Positions 33,042-44,929 of a DNA stretch of 64,000 nt are shown in pieces. Numbering within the stretch: the stretch's first letter is position 1; the number at the start of each line of letters is the position of its first letter. This DNA is from Anaeromyxobacteraceae bacterium. GTDB taxonomy: Bacteria > Myxococcota > Myxococcia > Myxococcales > Anaeromyxobacteraceae. Where the stretch lies: positions 1,216,001 through 1,280,000 of the forward strand of contig JASGHJ010000002.1 in NCBI GenBank assembly GCA_047602405.1, written 5' to 3'. The translations under genes were made by a program, and so were the position numbers. The notes beneath the pieces are model-generated. The model saw only the letters and a program-made list of their open reading frames with translations. It had not been told where the DNA came from and ran no database searches.

Positions 33042-33071
33042 CCGGGGCCCGCTCGAAGGACGCCCGGTGGC

Positions 33072-33863
33072 TCACGGCAGCGCCGCCGCCGCGAGCGCGG
33101 CCGCCCCGAGCGCGAGGAGCACCGCCGCCGCGGCGAGGCCGTGACCGCGACCGGGCGGGCCGTGCGGCGCCGGCCCCGCGGGCGGGGCCGGCGGCGGACC
33201 GGGAGGGTCCCCGCCCTCGAGCGCGACGGTGGTCCCGCCGAGGAGCAGCTCGTCGCCCGGAGCGAGCGGCACGGGGCGGCGCTCCACCCGGACGCCGTTC
33301 ACGCGCACGCCGTTCTTCGAGCCCAGGTCGAGCACCGTGGCGCCGCGCTCGCGGGGGGCGACGCGCGCGTGCCGCCGGGAGAGCTCGGGGTCGGGGAGCC
33401 GGAGCCCGGCGCCGCGCCCCCGGCCGACGACCACCGCGCCGCGCAGGGGCGTGCGCGCGCCCGCGAGCGGCCCGGTCAGGACGACGAGCGCGGGCCCGTG
33501 CGGCGCGGCCCCGGCGAGCAGCGCCCCCGCGGCCGCGCGCGTGCCGCCGGCCTCGCCGGCCCCGGGCGCGGTCCCCTCCGCGAGCGCGAGCTCGGCCCCG
33601 GCCGCCTCGGCGCGCTCACCCGGCCGGAGCAGGCGACGGCCGCCGGGCGGCACGGCGTGCCCGGCGACGCGCACCCCCGGGATGGTGGCGGTCACGACCA
33701 CGCCCGCCGGGCACGGCTCGAGGCGCAGGGCGGCGGGCGGGAGGCCCGCGATCCGGAGTGCGTCCGCGACCGAGCCGCCGGCCGTGGCCGCCGAGGCGAG
33801 CTCCACCTCCTCCCGCGGCGCGTCGCGGGCTCCGAAGGCGAGGCGGTGCGCTCCCCGGGGCAT
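33072..33863 (-). CDS. FHA domain protein with C-terminal membrane anchor
   Basis: VVVGRG, LSRRHA, DLGSKNGVRVNG, LAPGDELLLG. Confidence 0.85.
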   Translation of the reverse strand: MPRGAHRLAFGARDAPREEVELASAATAGGSVADALRIAGLPPAALRLEPCPAGVVVTATIPGVRVAGHAVPPGGRRLLRPGERAEAAGAELALAEGTAPGAGEAGGTRAAAGALLAGAAPHGPALVVLTGPLAGARTPLRGAVVVGRGRGAGLRLPDPELSRRHARVAPRERGATVLDLGSKNGVRVNGVRVERRPVPLAPGDELLLGGTTVALEGGDPPGPPPAPPAGPAPHGPPGRGHGLAAAAVLLALGAAALAAAALP

Positions 33864-33876
33864 CGCTCAACCCGTC

Positions 33877-33892
33877 TCCACGGGCCGTGCCA
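33877..33892 (-). promoter_or_regulatory. Probable sigma54 promoter of the FHA gene
   Basis: TGGCACGGCCCGTGGA: perfect -24 element, variant -12, correct spacing. Confidence 0.5.
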
Positions 33893-34016
33893 CGCGCAAG
33901 TGCGCGAGACTCCGGGCCCGGCCGCTCGGAGGGCGGTCCGCGCGGCGGACGCCCGGTCTCCGGCGCGGACCCTGCCGCGGCGCGCGGGTGGAATAGCTCG
34001 GCGGGCTGGCGGGGGC

Positions 34017-34268
34017 TCAGGCGTGCACGTCCCACCGGCTCTCGGCGTGCGAGCGCTCGGAGGGGTCGCCCAGGAAGCGCAGGTAGCCCTGCAGCTCGAG
34101 CGTGTCGACGAGCTCCTCGGCCTCCATGTCGGAGACGGAGAGCTCGTCCCGGACGACGTCGCGGAAGTAGCTGCGCCCACGCAGGTAGCCGACCGGCGGG
34201 TCGTTGGGCGGGATCCGCTCGCGGATGCGCGCGGCGAGCTCCGCGAGATCGACGTCGTCGATGGGCAC
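34017..34268 (-). CDS. Small hypothetical protein (winged-helix-like)
   Basis: 83 aa with host-like codons; PVGYLRGRS..SDMEAEELVDTLELQGYLRF. Confidence 0.75.
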   Translation of the reverse strand: MPIDDVDLAELAARIRERIPPNDPPVGYLRGRSYFRDVVRDELSVSDMEAEELVDTLELQGYLRFLGDPSERSHAESRWDVHA

Positions 34269-34276
34269 GCCCGAAC

Positions 34277-36599
34277 CTAGGGCGCCTCCCGCAGCACCGC
34301 CAGCGGGTCGAGCACGTCATCGGCGTGCACCCGCCGCACCGCCCGGCCGTCCGACAGGAGCCGGACCGCCCCCTCGTCCGTGCGCAGCACCACCGCCCCG
34401 CCCGCGCGCCAGCGCGCGAGCGCCTCCGCGTGCGGGAAGCCGTACCGGTGCTCGGCGGAGTTGCTCACCACCGCGAGCCGCGGCCCCCATTCACCGGACA
34501 GGGTCGCCGCGACGAACGGCCCGGTCGAGGAGCGCCGGCTGCCGTGGTGCGGGATCTTCACGACGGTGGAGGCGAGGCCGCCCCGCGCGATCGCGAGCGC
34601 CTCGCCCTCCGGCTCGACGTCGCCGGGGAACAGGAACGAGGTCCCGCGGTAGGTCACCTTCAGCACGAGCGACGCGTCGTTCTCGATGAGCCCCTCCCGC
34701 GGACCGCCGAGGACCTCGAGCCGCACGCCGGCGCGCTCGATGAGGGCGCCCGGCTCGAGCGCCTCCGGGTGGAGCCGCTCGAGCAAGGCGCGCGTCTCGC
34801 CGCCGCCGAGCTGGCCGTTCGAGAGGAACCGGCCCACGGGCAGCGCGTCCGCGACCGCGGCCATCCCGAGCGCGTGGTCGGGGTGCGGGTGGGACACGAA
34901 CGCGAGCGCGACCTCCCGCACGCCGAGGTCGCGCAGCAGCGGCACCACGTCGCGCGCGCCCGGGTCGGGGCCGCCGCCCGGCGAGCCGCCCGCGTCGACG
35001 AGCACCGCCGCGCCGTCCGGCAGCCTGAGGAGCGCGGAGTCGCCGTGCCCGACGTACAGGAAGGTGACCTCGAGCCCGCCGCGGGCGCGCGCGGCGGCCG
35101 CCCGGAGCGGCCCGGGCAGGGCGAGCGCGAGCGCCGCGCCGGCCCAGGCGAGCGCGCGCGCCCGGCCGCGGAGCCGCGTGCCGAGCGCCGCGAGCGCATA
35201 ACACGCGACGGTGAAGCCCAGCCCGGGCGCCGCGAGCCCCACGACCGACCAGCGCGGGGCCGCCGCCGCGTCGGAGAGCGCGAGGAGCGCCCAGGCGAGG
35301 GGCCGCGCGAGGAGGAGCACGGGGGCGGCGAGCCCGGGGGAGGCCGAGGCGAGGAGCGCCGCGATCGTGGCGAGCACGGTGAGCCCCGCGCCGATCGGCA
35401 CGCCCGCGACGTTCGCGAGGAGCCCGAGCACGGGGAGCTGGCGGAAGTGCGTCGCGAGCACGGGCGCGGTCGCGAGGGAGGCCGCGACGCTCGCGCATCC
35501 GCCCGAGACGAGCGGCTCGACGAGGCGCGCCCGCCAGCTGCCCCGCGGCGGCGGCGCCCACGGCAGGGCGCGACGGAGCGGCCCGGACCAGAGCACGAGC
35601 CCCGCCACCGCGCCGAAGGAGAGCTGCATCGACGGATTCGAGCGCCGAGCCCGGGTCGCCGGCGAGGAGCACGATGGCCGAGAGCGCGAGCGTGTCCGCG
35701 GCGCGCGGCTCGCGGGAGAGGAGGGTGCCGGCGAGCGCGACCCCGGCGGCGAACGCCGCGCGGAGCACCGGGACGCCGGCCCCGGTCGCGACCGCGTAGG
35801 CGAGCGTGACGGGGAGGGCGACCGCGGCCGCGAGCCGGCGCGGATCGGCCCGGGCGGCGATCCCGTCGCTCCGCACGAGCAGCCCGCGCAGGAGCCGCTC
35901 GAGGCCGAGCGCGACCACGACGAGGTGCAGCCCGGAGACGGCGAGGATGTGGGCGAGGCCGCTCCGCGCGAAGGACCGGACGGTCTCGGGGTCGAGGGCG
36001 CCGCGATCGCCGGTGCCGATGGCCCGGACGAGCGCCGCCTCGCGGGGCGGGAGCGCGGCCCGGGTGGCCTCCGCGAGCCGCTCGCGCGCCCGCTCGAGCC
36101 AGGCGACCGGGCTGGGGGGACCGGTCCGGACGAGGGGCCCCACCGCCTGGCCGGTCCAGGTGACCCCGCTCGCGGCGAGCCGGGCGGCCGCGTCCCGGCC
36201 GCCCGGGTTCCGGGCCGGCGCGGGGGCCTTCAGGGTCGCGGCGAGAAGGACCCGGTCGCCGAGGGCCAGGGGGTGAGGGATGGGGCGGGCGCCGAGCTCG
36301 GCGACGGTGCCGTCGGCGGTGCGCACGCGGAAGCGGATCCGGTCGCCCAGGCGGTCGGGGACGGTGACCACCCGGCCCTCGAGCCGGACGGGGCCATCGG
36401 GGGTGGGACCGGGGGTGCGTGCCCTGGAGGTGCCGGCGGTCCACCAGCCGGCCGTCAGGAACGCGAGTGGCGTCAGGGGTGGGACGAGGACGAAGGCGAG
36501 GGCGGCCTGGCCACCTGCGGGGAGGGGCGGGCCGAGGAGGCCCAGGCAGACTCCGGAAAGGAAGCCCAGGGCGGCCCGGGCGAGGGGCGAAGGGGTCAT
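34277..36599 (-). CDS. comEC: DNA uptake channel ComEC/Rec2, +1 frameshift at GATTC 35635-35639
   Basis: RNPGG, GLAHILAVSGLH, LLAN, MBL domain (VGHGDS, SHPHPDH, KIPHHGS, YGFPH). Removing one base joins ALDPSMQLSF. Span is 3n+1. Confidence 0.92.
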
Positions 36600-36656
36600 C
36601 CTGCCCCCGGGCGCGGCGGTACTCCGTACCGCCGCGAGGGGAAATCCCCTGTGATA

Positions 36657-36685
36657 TTGAAAATGTCCGAACGTTCTGCTATGTT
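36657..36685 (+). promoter_or_regulatory. sigma70 promoter of carD/cdnL-ispDF-cysS
   Basis: TTGAAA-N17-TATGTT in an AT-richer patch. Confidence 0.7.
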
Positions 36686-36772
36686 CCGCCGACTGAGCTC
36701 CCGCCCCGGAGGCCAAGTCGGCCCCCCGGGACGACCCGCCGCATCGGCCGGGCCGTGGGAGCGGAGGAGTGA

Positions 36773-37312
36773 ATGTCCGCACCGCAGGGAGCACCCGCAG
36801 CACCGGCAGCCACCCCCGTCCCGGCGCCGACCTTCAAGGTCGGTGACAAGGCCGTCTACCCCGGCCACGGCGTCGGCGAGGTCATGGGGATTGAGCACAA
36901 GGAGGTCGCCGGCCAGCGGCAGTCCTTCTACGTGCTCCGCATCCTCGAGAACGGGATGAAGATCATGATCCCGATGAACAAGGTCGGCTCGGTCGGCCTG
37001 CGCGAGATCATCGGGGAGAAGGACGTGCGCCGGGTCTACTCGATCCTCCGCGAGAAGGAGGTCTCGGTCGACTCGACGACCTGGAACCGCCGGTACCGCG
37101 AGTACACCGACAAGATCAAGACCGGCTCCGTCTTCGAGATCGCGGAGGTCCTGCGCGACCTCTACCTCATCCGCTCCGACAAGGACCTCTCCTTCGGCGA
37201 GCGCAAGATGCTCGACACCGCCCGGTCGCTGCTCATCAAGGAGCTCGCGATCGCGAAGGCGTGTAACGAGGACGACGTCGAGGACGATCTCAAGAAGATC
37301 TTCAACACCTGA
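36773..37312 (+). CDS. carD: CarD/CdnL family RNA polymerase-binding regulator
   Basis: FKVGDKAVYPGHGVG, VGLREII, TWNRRYRE, LSFGERKMLD; upstream of ispDF. Confidence 0.95.
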   Translation: MSAPQGAPAAPAATPVPAPTFKVGDKAVYPGHGVGEVMGIEHKEVAGQRQSFYVLRILENGMKIMIPMNKVGSVGLREIIGEKDVRRVYSILREKEVSVDSTTWNRRYREYTDKIKTGSVFEIAEVLRDLYLIRSDKDLSFGERKMLDTARSLLIKELAIAKACNEDDVEDDLKKIFNT

Positions 37313-37324
37313 GCCCCTGGCCGT

Positions 37325-37344
37325 CCGCCGCCGAGAGGCGGCGG
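37325..37344. terminator. GC hairpin after carD/cdnL
   Basis: CCGCCGCC-GAGA-GGCGGCGG with no U tract. Confidence 0.4.
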
Positions 37345-37453
37345 CGCCGGAGCTCCGAGATCGCCTCGAGCGGCCGCCGCGCGGACCCTGGTCCGTGCGG
37401 CGGTCCTGCTTCGGGGGTCCGGGGGCTGGATCCGGGGCCATGACGCGCTGTAA

Positions 37454-37469
37454 AGCACGGGCGGTGCCA
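37454..37469 (-). promoter_or_regulatory. sigma54 promoter oriented antisense to cdnL
   Basis: TGGCACCGCCCGTGCT (GG-N10-GC) on the minus strand. Confidence 0.55.
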
Positions 37470-37471
37470 AC

Positions 37472-38674
37472 GTGATCGCAGGCGAGAAGGTGACCGGCAT
37501 CGTGGCGGCGGGCGGCTCCGGGCTGCGCGCCCGGCCGGACGCGGAACGCGCCGGCCAGGGCGCGACGACCGCGAAGCAGTGGCTCGTCCTCGGGGGCGAG
37601 ACGGTGCTCCGCCGGTCCGCGCGCGCGCTCGCGGCGTGCCCGCTCGTGGACGAGCTCGTGCTGGTCGTCCCTCCGGGCGAGGAGCCCCGGGCGGAGGCCG
37701 AGCTCGCCGGGCTCGGGAAGCCGGGCCGGGCCGTCGCCGGCGGCGCCGCGCGGGCCGACTCGGTCAGGAACGGCCTCGCCGCGGCCACGGGCGCGGTGCT
37801 GCTCGTGCACGACGCCGCCCGGCCGTTCGCGACCGCGGCCCTCGCCGCGCGCGTGGCGGAGGCCGCGGCGAGGGACGGCGCGGCGCTCGCCGCCGTGCCG
37901 GTGACCGACACCGTGAAGCGGGCCGCCGCGGGCGCGACGGCCCTCGAGGGCGGCGCCGTCGCGGCCACGCTCGACCGCAAGGAGCTCTGGCTCGCGCAGA
38001 CGCCGCAGGGGTTCCGCAGGGAGCTCCTCGCGCGGGCCTTCGAGGCGGCCGGCGCGGACGCCGCGCTCGCCACCGACGAGTGCGCGCTCGTGGAGCGCCT
38101 CGGGGAGCGGGTGACGCTCGTGCCGGGAGAGCCCGGGAACTTCAAGATCACGGGGCCGGGCGACGTCGCGCGGGCGCGCGCGCTCGTCGAGGCGCCGGTC
38201 GCCGTGGGCGTCGGCTACGACACGCACCGTTTCGCGGCCGGCCGGGAGCTCATCCTCGGCGGCGTGAAGTTCGAGGGCGACGGGCTCCTCGGCCACTCCG
38301 ACGCCGACGCCTGCGCGCACGCCATCGGCGACGCGATCCTGGGCGCCTGCGCGCTCGGCGACCTGGGCCGCCACTTCCCGGACACCGACCCCCGCTGGAA
38401 GGGCGCCTCGTCGCTCGACCTCCTCCGGCACATCGTGTCCCTCGCCGCCGAGCAGGGGTGGGCGGTCGGGAACGCCGACGTCACGCTCGCCGCGAAGCGC
38501 CCGAAGATCGCGCCGGCCTCGGCCGCGATGCGGGAGAAGCTCGCCCAGGCCCTGGGGGTCTCGCCGGCGCAGGTGAACGTGAAGGCCACCACCGGCGAGG
38601 GCATGGGCTTCGTCGGCCGGGGGGAGGGCATCGCCGCGACGGCGGTCGCGCTCCTCGTGAGGAGGCCCGCATGA
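37472..38674 (+). CDS. ispDF: Bifunctional IspD/IspF
   Basis: AAGGSG.R, RADSVRNGL, VHDAARP, AQTPQGF, TDE, NFKIT; then GVGYDTH, GLLGHSDAD, VNVKATTGEG. Confidence 0.95.
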   Translation: MIAGEKVTGIVAAGGSGLRARPDAERAGQGATTAKQWLVLGGETVLRRSARALAACPLVDELVLVVPPGEEPRAEAELAGLGKPGRAVAGGAARADSVRNGLAAATGAVLLVHDAARPFATAALAARVAEAAARDGAALAAVPVTDTVKRAAAGATALEGGAVAATLDRKELWLAQTPQGFRRELLARAFEAAGADAALATDECALVERLGERVTLVPGEPGNFKITGPGDVARARALVEAPVAVGVGYDTHRFAAGRELILGGVKFEGDGLLGHSDADACAHAIGDAILGACALGDLGRHFPDTDPRWKGASSLDLLRHIVSLAAEQGWAVGNADVTLAAKRPKIAPASAAMREKLAQALGVSPAQVNVKATTGEGMGFVGRGEGIAATAVALLVRRPA

Positions 38675-38696
38675 CCGGCGGCGGGTGGAGGGCGGC

Positions 38697-39305
38697 ATGA
38701 GCCACGATTGCGAGGAGGACGCGTTCTTCGACGGGAAGGGTCCGGACGCGACCCCGGGCGACCCGCCGCCGCCCCGGCGGCGCTCCTCGGCGCTCTTCTC
38801 GCGCAGCCCCGCCATCGCGGTGCTCGCGCTCGCGGTCTCGACGTGGCTCCTGTGGGACCTCGCCCCGGAGGTCTCGTACTACTTCTCGGCGCAGGAGCCG
38901 ATCGACCTCGGCAGCCCCGGCGCCTACCGCCTCTCCGACGCCCGCGAGAACCGGCTCGTGCAGATCCGGGGCGAGCTCGTGAAGGCGGTGCCGGTGACCG
39001 TCGCCCGCACCGGCGACGCGCGCACCATCGGCATCGTGGCGGGGACGAACCTCGTCGTGGACCGGCCCGGCCGCGGCGGCCCGCCGGTGTACGAGGGGCG
39101 GCTCATGCCGGCGAAGGCGCGCGGCGACTACGCGGCGGCCGTGAAGGTCATGCGCGAGAAGGGCGCCGAGCTCGGCGACGCCTGGCTCGTGCTCCGCGAC
39201 GGGGAGCGGCCGCGCCGGGTCTGGCCGCCCGTCCTCGGGACCGCGCTCCTCCTCCTCATCGTCGCCGTCAACGTGCGGGCCCTCGTGAAGGCGCTCGCCT
39301 CCTGA
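38697..39305 (+). CDS. Hypothetical membrane protein
   Basis: N- and C-terminal TM helices; lies between ispDF and cysS. Confidence 0.7.
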   Translation: MSHDCEEDAFFDGKGPDATPGDPPPPRRRSSALFSRSPAIAVLALAVSTWLLWDLAPEVSYYFSAQEPIDLGSPGAYRLSDARENRLVQIRGELVKAVPVTVARTGDARTIGIVAGTNLVVDRPGRGGPPVYEGRLMPAKARGDYAAAVKVMREKGAELGDAWLVLRDGERPRRVWPPVLGTALLLLIVAVNVRALVKALAS

Positions 39306-39328
39306 CCACCAGCACGCACCGAACCACC

Positions 39329-40768
<1,440 letters not shown>

Positions 40769-40849
40769 CGCCTGCGGCCCGCCGGTCCTGTCGGACCCGT
40801 TCGTCCCGAGCGCAGGCCCGCGGAGCGGGCCGGAGACGAGGGACGGGAC

Positions 40850-41035
40850 TCACTCCTCCGGGATGGGCTGCGGCCCCGGGATGATGCCGGCGATGTCGGG
40901 GTCCACGCCGGGATCGGTCGGGCCCTTGTTCTCCTTCTCCTGCTTCCGCTGCTCGCGGCGCGCGTCCTTCTTCTCGCGCTTCTCGCGGCGGGCGGCTTCC
41001 TTCTGGCGCTTCGTGGCTCCGGGGTGGAAAGCCAT
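40850..41035 (-). CDS. Small highly charged protein (61 aa) downstream of csp
   Basis: GAGGAGG SD; Lys/Arg/Glu helix, then DPDIAGIIPGPQP. Confidence 0.8.
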   Translation of the reverse strand: MAFHPGATKRQKEAARREKREKKDARREQRKQEKENKGPTDPGVDPDIAGIIPGPQPIPEE

Positions 41036-41137
41036 GGTGTCCTCCTCTTCGCTGCACTTCTCGGAAGCAGCCTAAATGGAAAGCCCGGCCGATGGGCCGG
41101 GCCTCCCGGGAACCGCGGTGTCGGTCGCGGTCTCTTA

Positions 41138-41338
41138 CTACACCGGCCGGACGTTCGCGGCCTGGAGGCCCTTCGGACCCCGCTTCACCTCGAACTCGAC
41201 CCGCTGCCCTTCCTGCAGGCTGCGGAAGCCCTCGGACTGGATGGCGGTGTGGTGGACGAACACGTCCTCCCCGCCCTCCTGGGAGATGAAGCCAAAGCCC
41301 TTCGCATCATTGAACCACTTCACGGTACCAACGGCCAT
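41138..41338 (-). CDS. csp: Cold-shock protein
   Basis: [47 protein letters not shown]. Confidence 0.97.
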   Translation of the reverse strand: MAVGTVKWFNDAKGFGFISQEGGEDVFVHHTAIQSEGFRSLQEGQRVEFEVKRGPKGLQAANVRPV

Positions 41339-41468
41339 CTGCGCACTTCCTTGTTGATCTCTCGGCCGGACTGCCCGGCCGAGGCCCGCCCAGTTCCGGG
41401 CCGGGACCGCGGCAAATTAATCGTTCTCAGGGTCCTTGTCGAGCCAAAGCCCCGGTCGGGCCACGGGG

Positions 41469-42689
41469 TCAGTTCCAGGTACCCGTGGTGGGCGCGTTCG
41501 CCGGGCAGGCCTCCTGGCACGCGTTCAGGCTGGTCGCGACGCCCACCTTCCCCTGGGCGGGGTCTGCCGAGTTCGTGCCCCAGCACCACACGCCGCAGGC
41601 GCCGCTCGAGGTCTTCCAGGCGATGCACGCCGGCGAGGAGCAGATGAAGGTGCTCCCGCTCTCCTGGAGCGTGCCGACCGACGACCAGCTCGCCGCCGCC
41701 GCGAGCGCGGCGGCGCGGGTGTAGGTGCGCAGCGGGTTGCAGTCGAAGTACGCGCCGCCGAGGCCGTTCGAGTGCTGCGTCTGGCAGGCACCGCCCGGGC
41801 ACACGGTGCAGCACGCGCCCGCCTTGCAGGCCTGGCCGGCCCCGCAGGCGTTGCCGCACGCGCCGCAGTTCGTGGCGGAGGTCTGGCGGTTCACGCACGC
41901 GCCGCCGCAGAGGTCCGGCGCCGTCTGGGGGCAGACGCAGGTGCCGTTCGTGCAGGCCGCGCCGGTCGCACACCGGCTGCCGCACGCCGAGCAGTTGGCC
42001 GCGTCGTTCGTCACGTTCACGCAGGCGGTCGAGCAGGCGGTCGGCTTCGCGGCGGGGCAGGCGCAGCTCCCCCCGGCGCAGACGGAGCCCGCGAGCGGGC
42101 AGGCCTTCCCGCACGTGCCGCAGTTCACGGCGTCGGCGAGGAGGTTCACGCAGGAGGGGAGCACCACCACCGGCGGGTCGCAGAGGTCCGGCTTCGAGGG
42201 CGGGCAGGTGCAGGTGCCCGCCGCGCAGCTCGCGCCCACGCGGGTGCACGGCGTGGTGCACGCGCCGCAGCTCGTCGGGTCGCTCGAGAGGTCGCGGCAC
42301 TGGGGCTCGACGCCGGCGCAGTCGGTCGCGCCGGGGGTGCACACGCAGGCCCCGCCGACGCAGGTCCCGAGCGCGGCGCCGCTCGCCGTGCACCGGTGGT
42401 TGCAGGCGCCGCAGTTCTGCGGGTCGGAGGTCACGTCCGCGCACCGCTGGCCCGTGCCGGTGTTGCACGGCGCCTGGCCCGCCGGACAGGCGCACTGACC
42501 CGCGGAGCAGGTCGAGCCGGACGGGCACACGTGACCGCACGCCCCGCACGCGTCGAAGGCCGTCTCGAGGTCCTTGCAGAGCCCCCCGCAGGCGGTCTGC
42601 CCGGAGGGGCAGGAGACGACGGAGTCGCCGCAGGCTGCGAGGCCCAGAACGGCGAGTCCCAGGACGGCGGCGAGGGCGGCGCGGCGCAT
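41469..42689 (-). CDS. Cysteine-rich repeat lipoprotein (myxobacterial/Stig1-like repeats)
   Basis: Lipobox LAAC; six repeats of the type C..D..NCGACG..C. Confidence 0.85.
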   Translation of the reverse strand: MRRAALAAVLGLAVLGLAACGDSVVSCPSGQTACGGLCKDLETAFDACGACGHVCPSGSTCSAGQCACPAGQAPCNTGTGQRCADVTSDPQNCGACNHRCTASGAALGTCVGGACVCTPGATDCAGVEPQCRDLSSDPTSCGACTTPCTRVGASCAAGTCTCPPSKPDLCDPPVVVLPSCVNLLADAVNCGTCGKACPLAGSVCAGGSCACPAAKPTACSTACVNVTNDAANCSACGSRCATGAACTNGTCVCPQTAPDLCGGACVNRQTSATNCGACGNACGAGQACKAGACCTVCPGGACQTQHSNGLGGAYFDCNPLRTYTRAAALAAAASWSSVGTLQESGSTFICSSPACIAWKTSSGACGVWCWGTNSADPAQGKVGVATSLNACQEACPANAPTTGTWN

Positions 42690-42741
42690 GCGCCAAACTA
42701 TACCCGCAGCGTGTGTCGGGGGGAGCCGTTAGAAGGAGGGC

Positions 42742-44841
42742 GTGCCCTTCCAGCTCCAGAGCGACTTCGCTCCCACCGGGGATCAGCCTCGCGCGATCTC
42801 CGAGCTGACCGCAGGGTTGCGCCGGGGAGACCCCCACCAGGTCCTCCTCGGCGTCACCGGCTCCGGCAAGACCTTCACCATCGCGAACGTCGTCTCCGAG
42901 GTGAAGCGGCCGACGCTCGTCATCGCCCACAACAAGACGCTCGCCGCCCAGCTGTACGGGGAGTTCAAGTCGCTCTTCCCCGACGCCGCGGTCCACTACT
43001 TCGTCAGCTACTACGACTACTACCAGCCCGAGGCGTACGTGCCGTCCTCGGACACGTACATCGAGAAGGACTCGTCCATCAACGACGAGATCGACCGGAT
43101 GCGGCACGCGGCCACGCACGCGCTCCTCACCCGGAACGACGTCCTCATCGTCGCCTCGGTGTCCTGCATCTACGGCCTCGGCACCGCGGAGGCCTACTAC
43201 GGCCTCCTCCAGCAGATCGAGCGCGGCCAGGAGTTCCTGCGCGACCGCTTCATCCGCTCGCTCATCGACATCCAGTACGAGCGCAACGACACCGACTTCC
43301 ACCGCGGCACCTTCCGCGTGCGCGGCGACACCATCGAGGTGTTCCCGCCCTACGAGGAGGACCGCGCGCTCCGCATCGAGTTCTTCGGGGACGTGATCGA
43401 GTCGATCCACGAGTTCGACCCGCTCCGCGGCGCGACGCTCGCCGAGCTCGACAAGGCCGCCATCTTCCCGAACAGCCACTACGTCTCGGCGCCCGAGACC
43501 CGCAAGCGCGCCATCGACGGCATCCGCGAGGAGCTCCGCGAGCGGCTCGGGTTCCTCAAGGACCAGAACAAGCTCGTCGAGGCCCAGCGGCTCGAGCAGC
43601 GCACGATGTTCGACCTCGAGATGCTCGAGCAGATGGGCTTCTGCCCCGGCATCGAGAACTACTCGCGCTGGTTCTCGGGCCGCAAGCCCGGCGACCCGCC
43701 GCCCTGCCTCCTCGACTACTTCCCGAAGGACTTCCTCCTCGTCCTCGACGAGTCGCACCAGACCGTCCCGCAGATCGGCTCCATGTACAAGGGGGACCGC
43801 TCCCGAAAGGAGACCCTCGTCGAGTACGGCTTCCGGCTCCCCTCCGCCCTCGACAACCGACCGCTCAAGTTCGAGGAGTTCGAGGCGCTGGCGCGCCAGG
43901 CGATCTACGTCTCGGCGACGCCCGCCGACTACGAGCTCGAGAAGGCGCAAGGGATCGTCGTCGAGCAGATCATCCGCCCCACCGGCCTCATCGACCCCGA
44001 GGTCGAGATCCGGCCGGTCGGCTCGCAGGTCGACGACCTCCTCGGCGAGGTGCGCAAGCGCGCCGAGGCCCGGGAGCGCGTGCTCGTCACGACGCTCACG
44101 AAGCGCATGGCGGAGGACCTCACCGAGTACTTCACCGACGTCGGCGTGAAGTGCCGCTACCTGCACTCCGACATCGACACGCTCGAGCGCTCCGCGGTCA
44201 TCCGGGACCTCCGCCGCGGGGAGTTCGACGTCCTCATCGGCATCAACCTGCTCCGCGAGGGGCTCGACATCCCGGAGGTCTCGCTCGTCGCCGTGCTCGA
44301 CGCCGACAAGGAGGGCTTCCTGCGCTCCTCGGTGTCGCTCGTGCAGACCATCGGGCGCGCCGCGCGCAACGTGAACGGCCGGGTCATCCTCTACGCCGAC
44401 CACGTCACCGACTCGATGAAGAAGGCCATCGAGGAGACCGAGCGCCGCCGCGAGAAGCAGAAGGCCTACAACGCCGAGCACGGCATCACGCCGCAGACGG
44501 TGAAGCGCAACATCTCCGACCTCTCGATGGCGGTGGTCGAGGCCGACTACCACACGGTCTCGCTCTCCGGGGAGGGCGCCGAGTACCGGCCGGAGGACCT
44601 GCCGGCCATCATCGAGGCGCTCGAGGCCGAGATGAAGGCCTCCGCCGAGGCGCTCGACTTCGAGAAGGCGGCGGAGCTTCGCGACCGGCTGCTCGCGCTC
44701 AAGGAGGCCGCGCTCGGCGTGCCCGCGGTCGTCGCCGGCCAGAAGGGCTACCTCGGCTCGCAGGTCATCGCGAACGCCGAGTCGATGGGGAAGCTCCGGG
44801 GCGCGAAGCGGCCGCAACAGCCGCGGCGGCGGCGCAGGTGA
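42742..44841 (+). CDS. uvrB: Excinuclease ABC subunit B
   Basis: [51 protein letters not shown] domain. Confidence 0.98.
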   Translation: MPFQLQSDFAPTGDQPRAISELTAGLRRGDPHQVLLGVTGSGKTFTIANVVSEVKRPTLVIAHNKTLAAQLYGEFKSLFPDAAVHYFVSYYDYYQPEAYVPSSDTYIEKDSSINDEIDRMRHAATHALLTRNDVLIVASVSCIYGLGTAEAYYGLLQQIERGQEFLRDRFIRSLIDIQYERNDTDFHRGTFRVRGDTIEVFPPYEEDRALRIEFFGDVIESIHEFDPLRGATLAELDKAAIFPNSHYVSAPETRKRAIDGIREELRERLGFLKDQNKLVEAQRLEQRTMFDLEMLEQMGFCPGIENYSRWFSGRKPGDPPPCLLDYFPKDFLLVLDESHQTVPQIGSMYKGDRSRKETLVEYGFRLPSALDNRPLKFEEFEALARQAIYVSATPADYELEKAQGIVVEQIIRPTGLIDPEVEIRPVGSQVDDLLGEVRKRAEARERVLVTTLTKRMAEDLTEYFTDVGVKCRYLHSDIDTLERSAVIRDLRRGEFDVLIGINLLREGLDIPEVSLVAVLDADKEGFLRSSVSLVQTIGRAARNVNGRVILYADHVTDSMKKAIEETERRREKQKAYNAEHGITPQTVKRNISDLSMAVVEADYHTVSLSGEGAEYRPEDLPAIIEALEAEMKASAEALDFEKAAELRDRLLALKEAALGVPAVVAGQKGYLGSQVIANAESMGKLRGAKRPQQPRRRRR

Positions 44842-44929
44842 CCTTCCGTCTGCCCCGAGCGTAGCGGCCGCGTGAGTGGCCGCGGAGACGAGGGGCGGTC
44901 GGGGCACGGCCCGAGGTAGACTGCGCCCC

